64,000 nt of DNA from Acidobacteriota bacterium (GTDB lineage Bacteria; Acidobacteriota; UBA890; WLXD01). The notes beneath the pieces were generated by a model. That model searched no databases, had not been told where the DNA came from, and saw nothing but the letters and a program-made list of their open reading frames with translations. The stretch spans positions 480,001 to 544,000 of the forward strand of contig CAXWPL010000002.1 of assembly GCA_963666215.2 (NCBI GenBank). Direction: 5' to 3'. A program made the position numbers and the translations under genes. Shown here piece after piece: positions 30,916 through 40,530 of the stretch (positions within the stretch are counted from its first letter, which is position 1; each line of letters begins with the position of its first letter).

Positions 30916-32943
30916 ATGTCCGCCAACCCCAGCGAGATCCCCACCGAGAATCCCGAAGAAGGCAACGCTCCCGTCGAAGCCGTTGCCGCAGCAGTCGAAG
31001 CCGCTGCCGCCGAGTCGGCCGACGCCGCCGCCGCCGAGTCGGCCGACGCCGCCGCCGCCGAGCCGGCCCCAACAGCTTCCGACTCGCCCGATCTTCTGGC
31101 AATGCTCGAAGCGCAGGGAGACGACCACGTCGACGCCGAGCTGATGATGCAGCTCTACGACCAGAGCCTGCGGAACCTCAGCGAGGGCGGGGTCGTGATG
31201 GGCAACGTCATCGAGGTTCGCGAAAAAGAGGTGATCGTCGACATCGGGTTCAAGTCCGAGGGCATCATCAACATCGGCGAGTTCAGGGACGCCGAGGGCG
31301 TGCTGGCCATCGCGGCTGGCGACCAGGTCGAGGTTCTTCTCGTGCGCCGCGAGGACAATGACGGCAACGTCATCGTCTCGCGCGACAAGGCCGAGAAGAT
31401 GAAGGTGTGGGGGCGGATCGAGGACGCGTTCAACGCCGACGAGACGATCGAAGGGGTCGTCACCGACCGCGTCAAGGGTGGGCTTTCGGTTGACATCGGC
31501 GTGCGGGCGTTCCTCCCGGGCTCGCAGGTTGACTTGCGGCCAGTGCGCAACCTCGAAGCGTTCCGCGGCGAGACGATCGAGGTCCGCGTCATCAAGGTCA
31601 ACAAGCGACGCGCCAACGTCGTCGTCTCTCGCAAGGCGGTTCTCGAGGAGTCGCGTTCGGCCGAGAAGGAAATCACGCTCACCAAGTTGGTCGCCGCCAA
31701 CGTCCTGAAGGGCGTCGTGAAGAACATCACCGACTACGGCTGCTTCACGGATCTTGGTGGTATCGACGGGTTGCTGCACATCACCGACATGTCGTGGGGC
31801 CGTATCTCGCACCCGAGCGAGATGTTCAACATCGGCGACGAGATCGATGTCGTGATCCTCAGCTTCGATGCCGAGCGTGAGCGCGTCTCACTGGGTTACA
31901 AGCAGCTGACGCAGGATCCGTGGATCGGCGTGACCGAGAAGTACCCGGCGGGCGCCCGTACGGCAGGGCGTGTGGTCAGCCTCACCGACTACGGCGCTTT
32001 CGTCGAGCTCGAGGAGGGCGTCGAAGGCCTGGTGCACATCTCCGAGATGACCTGGAAGAAGCGCATCAAGCACCCTTCGAAGCTGGTTCAGGTTGGCGAC
32101 CCGGTCGACATCGTGATTCTGGACGTCAATGAGGATAGCCGTCGGATCTCGCTCGGCATGAAGCAGACCGAACCGAACCCGTGGCGCATGATCGCCGACA
32201 AGTACCACGAGGGCCAGACCATCAACGGGCGCGTACGCAACCTCACGGACTTCGGCGCATTCGTCGAAATCGAGGATGGCATCGACGGTCTGATCCACAT
32301 TTCCGACATGTCCTGGACGAAGCGTGTCGAGCACCCCTCTGAGGTCCTGCAGAAGGGGCAAGAGGTCGAAGTCGCCGTTCTCAACGTCGACGTCGAGCGC
32401 CAGCGTCTCTCGCTGGGTCTCAAGCAGTTGCGTCCGAACGTGTGGGACCAGTTCTGCGAGCAGCTCGAGGTGGACGACATGCTCCAGGGGACGATCACCA
32501 AGCTCACCAACTTCGGTGCGTTCGTCGAGCTCGAAGACGGGCTCGAGGGTCTGCTCCACGTCTCGGAGATCTCCGATCAGCATGTCAAAGACCCCTCGGA
32601 CGAGCTCAAGGTCGGGCAATCCCTGGAGGTGCGGATCATCAAGATCGAGACCGACTCGCGAAAGATCGCGTTGTCGTTGCGTAACTCGAGCGATGGGGTC
32701 CGCGAGATGCCCGTGGAGCGCGATCGGGATCGGGATCGGGAGCGCGGCGAACCCCGCGCCGCGGACGCGCCCACGAGTCGCTACCAGAAGGATGGCAGGA
32801 TGACTCTCGGCGATCTCGTTGGCGCCATCAAGCTGACTGGGCGTGCAGCGCCAACGGAAGACCCCAAGCCAGAAGAAGCCGCGGCAGAGTCCGTCGAGGC
32901 CGAGGATGCCTCCGAGGGCGAGGCTGAGGGCGACAGCGCCTGA
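30916..32943 (+). CDS. rpsA: 30S ribosomal protein S1
   Basis: Six S1 domains (DIGFKSEG, AFLPGSQ, DGLLHITDMSW, EGLVHISEM, DGLIHISDMSW, EGLLHVSEIS). Confidence 0.97.
   Translation: MSANPSEIPTENPEEGNAPVEAVAAAVEAAAAESADAAAAESADAAAAEPAPTASDSPDLLAMLEAQGDDHVDAELMMQLYDQSLRNLSEGGVVMGNVIEVREKEVIVDIGFKSEGIINIGEFRDAEGVLAIAAGDQVEVLLVRREDNDGNVIVSRDKAEKMKVWGRIEDAFNADETIEGVVTDRVKGGLSVDIGVRAFLPGSQVDLRPVRNLEAFRGETIEVRVIKVNKRRANVVVSRKAVLEESRSAEKEITLTKLVAANVLKGVVKNITDYGCFTDLGGIDGLLHITDMSWGRISHPSEMFNIGDEIDVVILSFDAERERVSLGYKQLTQDPWIGVTEKYPAGARTAGRVVSLTDYGAFVELEEGVEGLVHISEMTWKKRIKHPSKLVQVGDPVDIVILDVNEDSRRISLGMKQTEPNPWRMIADKYHEGQTINGRVRNLTDFGAFVEIEDGIDGLIHISDMSWTKRVEHPSEVLQKGQEVEVAVLNVDVERQRLSLGLKQLRPNVWDQFCEQLEVDDMLQGTITKLTNFGAFVELEDGLEGLLHVSEISDQHVKDPSDELKVGQSLEVRIIKIETDSRKIALSLRNSSDGVREMPVERDRDRDRERGEPRAADAPTSRYQKDGRMTLGDLVGAIKLTGRAAPTEDPKPEEAAAESVEAEDASEGEAEGDSA
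31003..31062 (+). repeat. 24-nt tandem repeat in the rpsA N-terminal extension (AAAESADA x about 2.5)
   Basis: GCCGCCGAGTCGGCCGACGCCGCC occurs twice in tandem. Confidence 0.8.
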
Positions 32944-32972
32944 TCGCATCGCGTTCGTAGAGGGAGGGGTTG

Positions 32973-33254
32973 ATGACCAAGGCCGACCTTATTGACGAGG
33001 TTGCCGCGATCTCCGAGCTCAGCAAGAAGAGCTCTGAGCAGGTAGTGAACGCCTTCTTTCAGTCGATCGTCGAGTCGCTCGCCGAGGGTGACAAGGTTGA
33101 GTTGCGAGGCTTCGGCACGTTCAAGCTCCGCCAGCGCAAGCCTCGTTGGGGGCGAAATCCGAAGACTGGCGAGCGGGTGCACGTGCCGGCCAAAGTCGTG
33201 CCGTTCTTCAAGCCTGGCAAGGAACTCCGCGAGCTCGTCAACCGTAAGCCCTGA
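32973..33254 (+). CDS. ihfB: Integration host factor beta / HU-family protein
   Basis: MTKADL, VELRGFGTF, GRNPKTGE, FKPGKEL; follows rpsA. Confidence 0.88.
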   Translation: MTKADLIDEVAAISELSKKSSEQVVNAFFQSIVESLAEGDKVELRGFGTFKLRQRKPRWGRNPKTGERVHVPAKVVPFFKPGKELRELVNRKP

Positions 33255-33272
33255 CCTGGCGACGCCCCGCTG

Positions 33273-34415
33273 ATGGAGCCACTGCTGAACGAGTCCGAAG
33301 AGGCTCTACGTGCTCGCGCTAGCGCCACGGCCGTCGACATCGAAGTCGAAGCGGCGGCGGCGGCGCTCCAGACCGAGTTGCGGATTCCGACGGAGCTGCT
33401 CGCGAAGCTCACGTCCGAAGGGTTTCTGCCGCTGCGGACGCCGATCGGAGACGGCGAGGTAGCGCCACTCTTGGCACTTGCACTTGTCACCGAGGAACTG
33501 TCGCGAGCCAGTGCGGCCGTCGGGCTGGTGGTCGCCTACGCCGGCGTGGGCGAGCTCGCCACTCGGGACGCTGGCCTGCCCGACAGGCCGAGCGAGCCCG
33601 AGCCGGGGGCGCTCTGCGTGCCGCTTGGCCTCGATACGATCGCATTGACGGCCAGCGAAAGCGACGGCTGGAGAATCGACGGCCAGATCGAACTGGTACC
33701 GGCTGCGATCTACGCGACACGCTTCCTGGCTGCCGCGCGAACGCACATCGCCGACGGCTCAGCGGAGTTCGACACGGGTGTCTTTCTGGTGGAGGTGTCA
33801 CAAGCAGGGGTTGACGTTAGCGAGCCCGCAAATCTCATGGGTTGGAACGGCGGCGGCACGGCCGACGTGCGGCTTGTGAGCGCCGCGGCGACGCGTCTCG
33901 ATGGCGATACGGATTCGGATGCCGCGGGCGCCATTCTCGACATGCTGCGAGTGGCGCAGGCGGCCCACGCGGTGGGCATTGGTGCGGGTGCCATGGCGAT
34001 CGCGATCGACGATGTGACGCGACGTCGGGACGCAGGGGATCGAGTTGATCGCTCGCAAGCCGTGCAGTGGGCACTGGCGGATTGTGCAACCGAGCTCGAG
34101 GCTGCGCGGCTCTCCACTTGGCATGCCGCGTGGGAAGGCGACAACAACGAGGCCAATGGGAACAAAGGCATCAACTGCGTCAACCATACCGGAGGATACA
34201 GCGCAGGTGGCGCCGCCATGGCGCGGCTGCTGTCTGCGGGGGCAGCGGTAAGGGCCTCTCGTCGCGCGCTTCAGGTAGTCGGCCCCGGTGCCACTCGGCG
34301 CGGCCATCCGTTGGAGAGGACGTATCGCGACGCGAAATTGCTCGAGTTGCACAGCGGTACGAACGAGCAGCAGCTCAGCCACCTTGCGGCGCAGCTGTTG
34401 CCAGAGCTCGATTGA
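33273..34415 (+). CDS. Divergent acyl-CoA dehydrogenase-fold protein
   Basis: EELSR, AHAVGIG.GA, QAVQWALAD, ER.YRDAK motifs present; the SEP..GSD and YEG motifs are missing. Confidence 0.8.
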   Translation: MEPLLNESEEALRARASATAVDIEVEAAAAALQTELRIPTELLAKLTSEGFLPLRTPIGDGEVAPLLALALVTEELSRASAAVGLVVAYAGVGELATRDAGLPDRPSEPEPGALCVPLGLDTIALTASESDGWRIDGQIELVPAAIYATRFLAAARTHIADGSAEFDTGVFLVEVSQAGVDVSEPANLMGWNGGGTADVRLVSAAATRLDGDTDSDAAGAILDMLRVAQAAHAVGIGAGAMAIAIDDVTRRRDAGDRVDRSQAVQWALADCATELEAARLSTWHAAWEGDNNEANGNKGINCVNHTGGYSAGGAAMARLLSAGAAVRASRRALQVVGPGATRRGHPLERTYRDAKLLELHSGTNEQQLSHLAAQLLPELD

Positions 34416-34514
34416 CGCGCATCCATCGCGGCTTGCAGTACGTGGTTGAGTGTTGGCAGCTTGGCAACCCGATGGTGTCGCCAGATTGAGTCACGAGCAG
34501 CAGATGGAGCAGCG

Positions 34515-35655
34515 ATGGACTGGGGTCTGACGCCCGATCAGCAGATGATCCGCGACACCGTGCGCGAGTTCGTCGTCGCCGAGATCGAACCGAATGCCCC
34601 GGCTTGGGATCGCGAGAAGCGCTTTCCTCACGAGGTCTTCGAACAACTGGGACAGCTCGGTCTGTTCGGGATGGTTGTTCCCGAGCGCTGGGGAGGCGCC
34701 GGTCTCGACGGCATTGCCTACTGCCTGGCCCTCGAGGAGCTCGCTCGTGGCGACGCCTCGACGTGTGTCGCCATCTCGGTGACAAACTCGGTCTACTGCG
34801 CTCCTATCCTGAAATACGGCACCGATGAGCAGCGCGACCGATGGCTCAGACCCTGTGCCGCTGGCAAGTGGTTGGGCGCGTTTTGTCTGTCGGAGCCGGA
34901 GGTCGGCTCCGATCCTGCGTCCATACGGGTTCGGGCGCGACGCGACGGCAACGGTTATGTGCTGAGTGGAACTACAAGCGTGGATCACCAGTGGCTCGGT
35001 TTGCGGCTCGATGTTGGTGTTTGCGGTAACCGACCCCGACGCGGAGCGCGAGCGCATCTCGGCGTTCGTCGTGCCCAGCGACATGGACGGGGTTTCGGTC
35101 ATCCACGAGGAAGAGAAGATGGGTCTGCGCTCGTCCGTCACCAACCAGGTGGCGTTCGATGACTGTCGTTTGGGGCCTGAGCACCGTCTCGGTGCAGAGG
35201 GTCAGGGGCTGAACATCGCGCTCGATAGCCTCGATGGAGGCCGCGCCGGGATCGCGGCGCAAGCCACCGGAATTGCTCGGGCGTCGCTCGAGGTTGCACG
35301 TGACTATCTCGGTGAGCGTGACGCGTTCGGCCGTGCGCTCGGAATGTTCGAGGGGCTGCGCAATCAGTTGGCACGGATGGCCGCGGAGATCAGGGGCGCG
35401 CGGCTGCTGTATCTACGCGCTGCTCATCTGCGCCACCAGGGGCGCTCCAACACGCGTGCCGCGTCGATCGCGAAGCTGTTCGCGTCGGAGCTCGCCAACC
35501 GCGCCGCCTACACCGCGGGTCAGATGCACGGTGGTTACGGTTATGTGATCGACTACCCTGTCGAGCGCTACTACCGCGACGCGCGTGTGACGACCATTTA
35601 CGAGGGCACTTCGGAGATCCAGCGACTCGTGATCGCTCGATCGCTCCTCAAGTAG
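34515..35655 (+). CDS. Acyl-CoA dehydrogenase (short/branched-chain type) with one frameshift near 34971-34977
   Basis: 5' frame: FCLSEPEVGSD...YVLSGT; 3' frame: AWIT...EEKMG.R...HGGYGY...YRDARVTTIYEGTSEIQR. Removing one base joins them into the canonical LSGT(K)AWIT. Confidence 0.85.
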
Positions 35656-35708
35656 TCGGGGAGAGGCTCGCGTAGCCGGACAGCCGAACTGGCGGATTCG
35701 GCGGCGTA

Positions 35709-35717
35709 TGGGATAAT
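35709..35717 (+). promoter_or_regulatory. Extended -10 element upstream of the mutase
   Basis: TG-G-GATAAT about 90 bp before the ATG. Confidence 0.45.
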
Positions 35718-35809
35718 TCGTCGCGGTATCGTGCTCCCTCTTGTTGCTCCGTGAGAGTCACGCGTTGCCTGCTCGACATCAGACTGCCCGAGGCCGGAGA
35801 GCGATCGGC

Positions 35810-37552
35810 ATGCCGAAGAAACCCACAACTCTCGACGAGGTACCGCAGCCGAGCTCGGTCGCCGCAGTTCCCGCCAAGCCGAGCGACGGCACCGCCTGGT
35901 CCGTGAAGCAGGCGTGGATGGAGCGCACCTACGAACCGGCTGTCGCGCGCCGGCCGGAGCGTTCCGACGAGTTCATGACGGTGTCGGGGCGCCCGGTCGA
36001 GGCTCTGTACACCGCCGACGACCTGACCGCGCGGGGCGTCGAGCTCGACGCTGACGTCGCCATGCCGGGCGAGTATCCCTTTACCCGAGGGGTTCATCCG
36101 ACCGGCCACCGCGGCAAGCTCTGGACCATGCGGCAGTTTGCCGGGTTCGGCACCGCGGAGGACACCAACCAGCGCTTCAAGCGACTGTTGGCCAACGGGC
36201 AGACGGGACTATCGGTGGCGTTCGATCACCCGACACTGGTTGGGCTCGACTCCGACGACGACCTGGCGCGCGGCGAGGTGGGCCGGCAGGGGGTTGCGAT
36301 CGATTCGCTCGAGGACATGGAGACACTGTTCGACGGCATCGCGCTCGATGGGGTCACGACCTCGATGACGATCAATCATCCGGCATGCGTGCTGCTGGCG
36401 ATGTACGCCGCTCTGGCGCAGAAGCAGGGAATCGACCCGTCCGTCATCTCCGGCACGATCCAGAACGACGTGCTCAAGGAGTTCATCGCGCAGAAGACCT
36501 TCGTCTATCCGCCGCGTGGAGCGATGCGGATCATGGGCGACATCATCGAATGGTGCACCGAGACGCTACCGCGCTGGAATTGGGTGAGCGTCTCTGGCTA
36601 CCACATACGCGAGGCCGGCTCGACCGCCGCTCAGGAGCTCGCGTTTACGCTGCGTGATGGCATGGAGTACGTCGAGCTCGGATTGGAACGGGGCCTCGCC
36701 GTCGATGCCTTTGCTCCGAGGCTGAGCTTCTTCTTCAATGCTCATAACGACCTGTTCGAGGAAGTCGCCAAATACCGCGCCGCTCGCCAGCTTTGGGCTC
36801 AGACCATGCGCGAACGCTACGGCGCGAGGAACCCGCGCTCCTGGTGGTTGCGCTTCCACACGCAAACGGCGGGCGTTTCGTTGCTCGGCCAGCAACCGCG
36901 TAACAACGTGATGAGGGTGACGCTCCAGGCCCTCGCCGCTGTTCTCGGCGGCACGCAGTCGCTACACACCAACTCGCTCGACGAAACCATCGCCTTGCCA
37001 ACCGAGGAGAACGCCATCATCGCGCTGCGAACCCAACAGGTGATAGCCCACGAGAGTGGCGCGGCGAATACCGTCGATCCGCTAGGTGGTTCCTATTTCG
37101 TCGAGGCGCTCACCGCCGACCTCGCCGACGAGGCGCGCGACTACTTCGACAAGATCGACAGCATGGGTGGCATGGTGGCGGCGATCGAGGAGGGCTTCCC
37201 GCAACGCGAGATTCAGGAAGCCGCCTACCGCTACCAGATGGAGATCGAAGAGCAACGACGACTGATCGTGGGACAGAACGCTCACACCACCGACTACGGC
37301 GAGCCGATCGAGTACCTGTATATCGACGACAGCGCCGAGGGACAGCAGGTGGAGCGTCTCGCTGGATTGAAGGATCGGCGTGACGACCAAGCCGTACGGG
37401 TTGCGCTCGATGCGTTGCATGCGGCGGCGGCCGGCGAGGCGAACGTCATGCCTCGGATCATGGACGCGGCGCATGCGTACGCCACCGTGGGGGAGATCTG
37501 CGGGACGATGCGGGACGTGTTCGGCGAGTATCGCGAGACGCCTATTTTCTAG
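35810..37552 (+). CDS. B12-dependent acyl-CoA mutase large (substrate-binding) subunit, isobutyryl-CoA mutase-like
   Basis: [56 protein letters not shown]. Confidence 0.93.
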   Translation: MPKKPTTLDEVPQPSSVAAVPAKPSDGTAWSVKQAWMERTYEPAVARRPERSDEFMTVSGRPVEALYTADDLTARGVELDADVAMPGEYPFTRGVHPTGHRGKLWTMRQFAGFGTAEDTNQRFKRLLANGQTGLSVAFDHPTLVGLDSDDDLARGEVGRQGVAIDSLEDMETLFDGIALDGVTTSMTINHPACVLLAMYAALAQKQGIDPSVISGTIQNDVLKEFIAQKTFVYPPRGAMRIMGDIIEWCTETLPRWNWVSVSGYHIREAGSTAAQELAFTLRDGMEYVELGLERGLAVDAFAPRLSFFFNAHNDLFEEVAKYRAARQLWAQTMRERYGARNPRSWWLRFHTQTAGVSLLGQQPRNNVMRVTLQALAAVLGGTQSLHTNSLDETIALPTEENAIIALRTQQVIAHESGAANTVDPLGGSYFVEALTADLADEARDYFDKIDSMGGMVAAIEEGFPQREIQEAAYRYQMEIEEQRRLIVGQNAHTTDYGEPIEYLYIDDSAEGQQVERLAGLKDRRDDQAVRVALDALHAAAAGEANVMPRIMDAAHAYATVGEICGTMRDVFGEYRETPIF

Positions 37553-37630
37553 AAAGAGCCAGATGAAGGGCACCGCGGGGGATCGCAGGAGAGCCTCCGT
37601 CGGAACCCGGGCTGGAGACGGAGTACAGGC

Positions 37631-38038
37631 ATGGCCGCGCAACGCATTCGAGTGATCATTGCCAAGCCGGGGCTCGATGGGCACGATCGCGGAGCCAAGG
37701 TCGTGGCGCGCGCGCTGCGCGATGCCGGGATGGAAGTGATTTATCTAGGCCTGCGGCAGACGCCAGAGATGATCGTCCAGGGGGCGGTTCAGGAAGACGC
37801 TGACATCATCGGGCTGTCGATCCACTCCGGCGCCCACAACTACATCGTGCCGCGGATCCTCGATTTGCTCGAGGAGGAGGGCGCCGGCGACATCAAGGTG
37901 CTGGTCGGTGGCATCATTCCGGAGCGCGATATCGAAGCGCTGAGCGAGCGCGGCGTTGGAGCGATCTTCCTGCCTGGAACGACGACAACAGAGATCATCG
38001 AGTACATCCGTCAAGCGGTGGGTGGTCGGGCGACGTAG
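37631..38038 (+). CDS. Acyl-CoA mutase cobalamin-binding small subunit
   Basis: [10 protein letters not shown] (DxHxxG), GLS..SGAH, GGIIP. Confidence 0.95.
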   Translation: MAAQRIRVIIAKPGLDGHDRGAKVVARALRDAGMEVIYLGLRQTPEMIVQGAVQEDADIIGLSIHSGAHNYIVPRILDLLEEEGAGDIKVLVGGIIPERDIEALSERGVGAIFLPGTTTTEIIEYIRQAVGGRAT

Positions 38039-38117
38039 TGGCCAGCGGCAAGCGCCTGTTCGAAGCACAGGTAGAGCGTTCAGAACCGCCAACAAGCGGA
38101 CAAAAGGGGGACTTGGG

Positions 38118-38483
38118 GTGAGCGAGCAGATTGTAGAGTTGACGTCGGAGAACTTCGAGGCCGAAGTTCTGCAGAGTGATGTGCCGGTCATGGTTGATTT
38201 CTGGGCGCCGTGGTGCGGCCCGTGCCGCATGTTGGCTCCGACCGTAGAAGAGGTCGCCGGCGAGTACGCCGGCAGGTTGAAGGTGGGCAAGCTCAACGTC
38301 GACGAGCACAGTGACGTTGCCGCGCGCTACTTCGTTCGCGGCATTCCGGCGTTGCTGGTTTTCGCCGCCGGTCAGGTGCAGGATCAGATGGTTGGCGCCG
38401 GCTCGAAGGACACGATCGTGGCGATGATCGACAAGCGCCTGCCGGCATCGGCGGCTCCTCAGCCAGCTGAGTCAACGGTCTAG
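38118..38483 (+). CDS. trxA: Thioredoxin
   Basis: VDFWAPWCGPC, KLNVDE, GIP. Confidence 0.96.
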   Translation: MSEQIVELTSENFEAEVLQSDVPVMVDFWAPWCGPCRMLAPTVEEVAGEYAGRLKVGKLNVDEHSDVAARYFVRGIPALLVFAAGQVQDQMVGAGSKDTIVAMIDKRLPASAAPQPAESTV

Positions 38484-38512
38484 CTGCTCCTGGACGGTCC
38501 TGAGCGATCACG

Positions 38513-39109
38513 ATGTGCGGCGATTCTGTGTCTCCTGTGAACCCTGACGTTTCCGACTCGACCAGTCGCGTGCCGAGTCCGACGAGGTCGGCGGATTCGG
38601 ATCTGACGATTCCGATCGAAGAGATCGGTGCGCAGGTCGTACGTCGCTCGGGCAGGACGACGATCGACGGTTTCGGGGCTGTGCTGGACGCCGTCACGAT
38701 CGACTACTCCGTGGCTCTCTCACGGTCGGCCGCCGAGGTCCGGCTGCGTGGCGACGTCGAGACCACGGCCCCGAGTTCGTGCACCCGATGCTTGAAGCGA
38801 GTGACGCTGCCGCTTCGGCAGCGCTTCGACTTGCTCTACCTCCCGGTGGAGCAAAGTCCGGCCCCTGGGGAGGGTGAGCTTGACGGTACGCAGCTGGACG
38901 TCGATTATTACTCGTCGAGCAGCTTCGACCTGCGCGCCGCACTTACCGAGCAGGTGCTTCTGGCTGTTCCCATGCAGCTCCTTTGTAAGGATGACTGCAA
39001 GGGTCTGTGCGCGCATTGTGGCGGCGATCGCAACGAGCGTTCGTGTGACTGTGCTGCGCCGGGCGATCCGCGTCTTGCCGGGCTGGCCGCGCTTCGCGAC
39101 CAGCTGTAG
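38513..39109 (+). CDS. yceD: YceD/DUF177 family protein
   Basis: CTRCL, EQVLLAVPM..LCKDDCKGLC..CG..N, DPRLA.L; precedes rpmF. Confidence 0.9.
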   Translation: MCGDSVSPVNPDVSDSTSRVPSPTRSADSDLTIPIEEIGAQVVRRSGRTTIDGFGAVLDAVTIDYSVALSRSAAEVRLRGDVETTAPSSCTRCLKRVTLPLRQRFDLLYLPVEQSPAPGEGELDGTQLDVDYYSSSSFDLRAALTEQVLLAVPMQLLCKDDCKGLCAHCGGDRNERSCDCAAPGDPRLAGLAALRDQL

Positions 39110-39165
39110 TCGGCGGCACCAACCCAAACCTATTTCGAACGCCGTCAGGCGAGCCGAGGCAAATC

Positions 39166-39348
39166 GTGGCCCTACCGAAAAGAAGGCACTCGCGCACGCG
39201 TCGTGACAAGCGACGCACGCACGACGCGCTTCGTACACCGGCCATCTCGGTGTGCACGAACTGCAAACGTCCCAAGCAGCCGCACCGGGTGTGCCCGCAC
39301 TGCGGCCAGTATCGCGGCCGCCAGGTCGTCAAGACCGACGACGACTAG
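39166..39348 (+). CDS. rpmF: 50S ribosomal protein L32
   Basis: MALPKRRHSRTRRDKRR...C..C...PHRVC..CG.Y.GR.V. Confidence 0.97.
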   Translation: MALPKRRHSRTRRDKRRTHDALRTPAISVCTNCKRPKQPHRVCPHCGQYRGRQVVKTDDD

Positions 39349-39426
39349 ATCTGATCTAGTCACCCGCCCGCTGGCCTGCGGGTGGCGCGACTCGCGGCTC
39401 GGCTCGTCGCCCGGACACCCATCACC

Positions 39427-40530
39427 ATGAAGATCGCTGTCGACGCCATGGGGGGTGACCATGCCCCCGAGCACCCGATCAACGGCGCGCTTCTTGCCGC
39501 GCGGGAATTGAATGCCGAGGTCGTGCTCGTTGGCGACGAGCCGAGGCTGGTCCGCGCGCTCGGCGACCGTGGCGCCGGCCTGGCCATCGAGATCGTTCAC
39601 GCCGAGCAGGCCATCGGCATGGACGAGTCTCCGGCGACGGCGGTGCGCCGCAAGCGCAAGTCGTCGATTCACGTCGCGGCGCGTCTGCTGCGCGACGGCG
39701 AGGTTGACGGCATCGTTTCAGCCGGCAATACCGGCGCCGTGATGGCCGTCTCGAAGGTGATTGTCGGAACGCTCGTGGGCGTCGATCGGCCGGCGCTCGC
39801 GGTGGTCTTGCCCAGCAAGACCGGCAGGGTGGTGCTCATCGACGTCGGCGCCAACATCGCGCCCAAGAGCAGCCAATTGCTGCAGTTTGCCGCGATGGGG
39901 CATCACTTCGCCCGTGAGATTCTCGCCATCGACCGGCCGCGTGTTGGCCTGCTTTCGATTGGCGAGGAGGAGCTCAAGGGCAACGATCTGATTCGTGGCG
40001 CCCACAAGCTGCTGCGTGACGCGCCGATTGACTTTTGCGGCAACGTCGAGGCGGGAGATCTGTATCGTGGGGTCGCCGACGTGGTCGTTTCCGATGGCTT
40101 CACGGGCAACATCGTGCTGAAGACGAGCGAGGCGGCGGTCGACGCGCTGCGCTTTCTGTTGCGCGAAGAGCTCGGCTCCTCGATTGCGGGTCGGCTCGGA
40201 GCGCTGCTGGCCCGCGGCTCCTTCAAGTCGTTCGCGCGTCGCGTTGACTACGCCGAGTTCGGCGGCGCGCCACTGCTTGGTCTCAAGGGGCTGTGCGTGA
40301 TCTGTCACGGCCGCTCCAACCCTCGGGCCATCCGCAGCGGCGTTCGCGTGGCGCTGGAGTATCGACGTCACCAGGTCAACGAGAGGATCGAGGATCTGCT
40401 CGCCCAAACGGGTCGAACCGCCGACCATGACGTGGTCGACCAGGCGGGAGCCCTGGACTCAGTTGACGAGATCCGCCCCAACGGACCCGAGGTGGTTGCC
40501 GCTTCGACCGCCGGAAGCGATGAGGCATGA
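39427..40530 (+). CDS. plsX: Phosphate acyltransferase PlsX
   Basis: IAVDAMGGD.AP, SAGNTGA, D.GAN, DGFTGN..LK, GGAPLLG, HG.S. Confidence 0.96.
   Translation: MKIAVDAMGGDHAPEHPINGALLAARELNAEVVLVGDEPRLVRALGDRGAGLAIEIVHAEQAIGMDESPATAVRRKRKSSIHVAARLLRDGEVDGIVSAGNTGAVMAVSKVIVGTLVGVDRPALAVVLPSKTGRVVLIDVGANIAPKSSQLLQFAAMGHHFAREILAIDRPRVGLLSIGEEELKGNDLIRGAHKLLRDAPIDFCGNVEAGDLYRGVADVVVSDGFTGNIVLKTSEAAVDALRFLLREELGSSIAGRLGALLARGSFKSFARRVDYAEFGGAPLLGLKGLCVICHGRSNPRAIRSGVRVALEYRRHQVNERIEDLLAQTGRTADHDVVDQAGALDSVDEIRPNGPEVVAASTAGSDEA

Noticed and set aside
35656-35809. Possible cobalamin riboswitch before the mutase
   Set aside because: Only a weak B12-box-like fragment; the GGGAA and GCCACTG core elements are absent and the leader is short.
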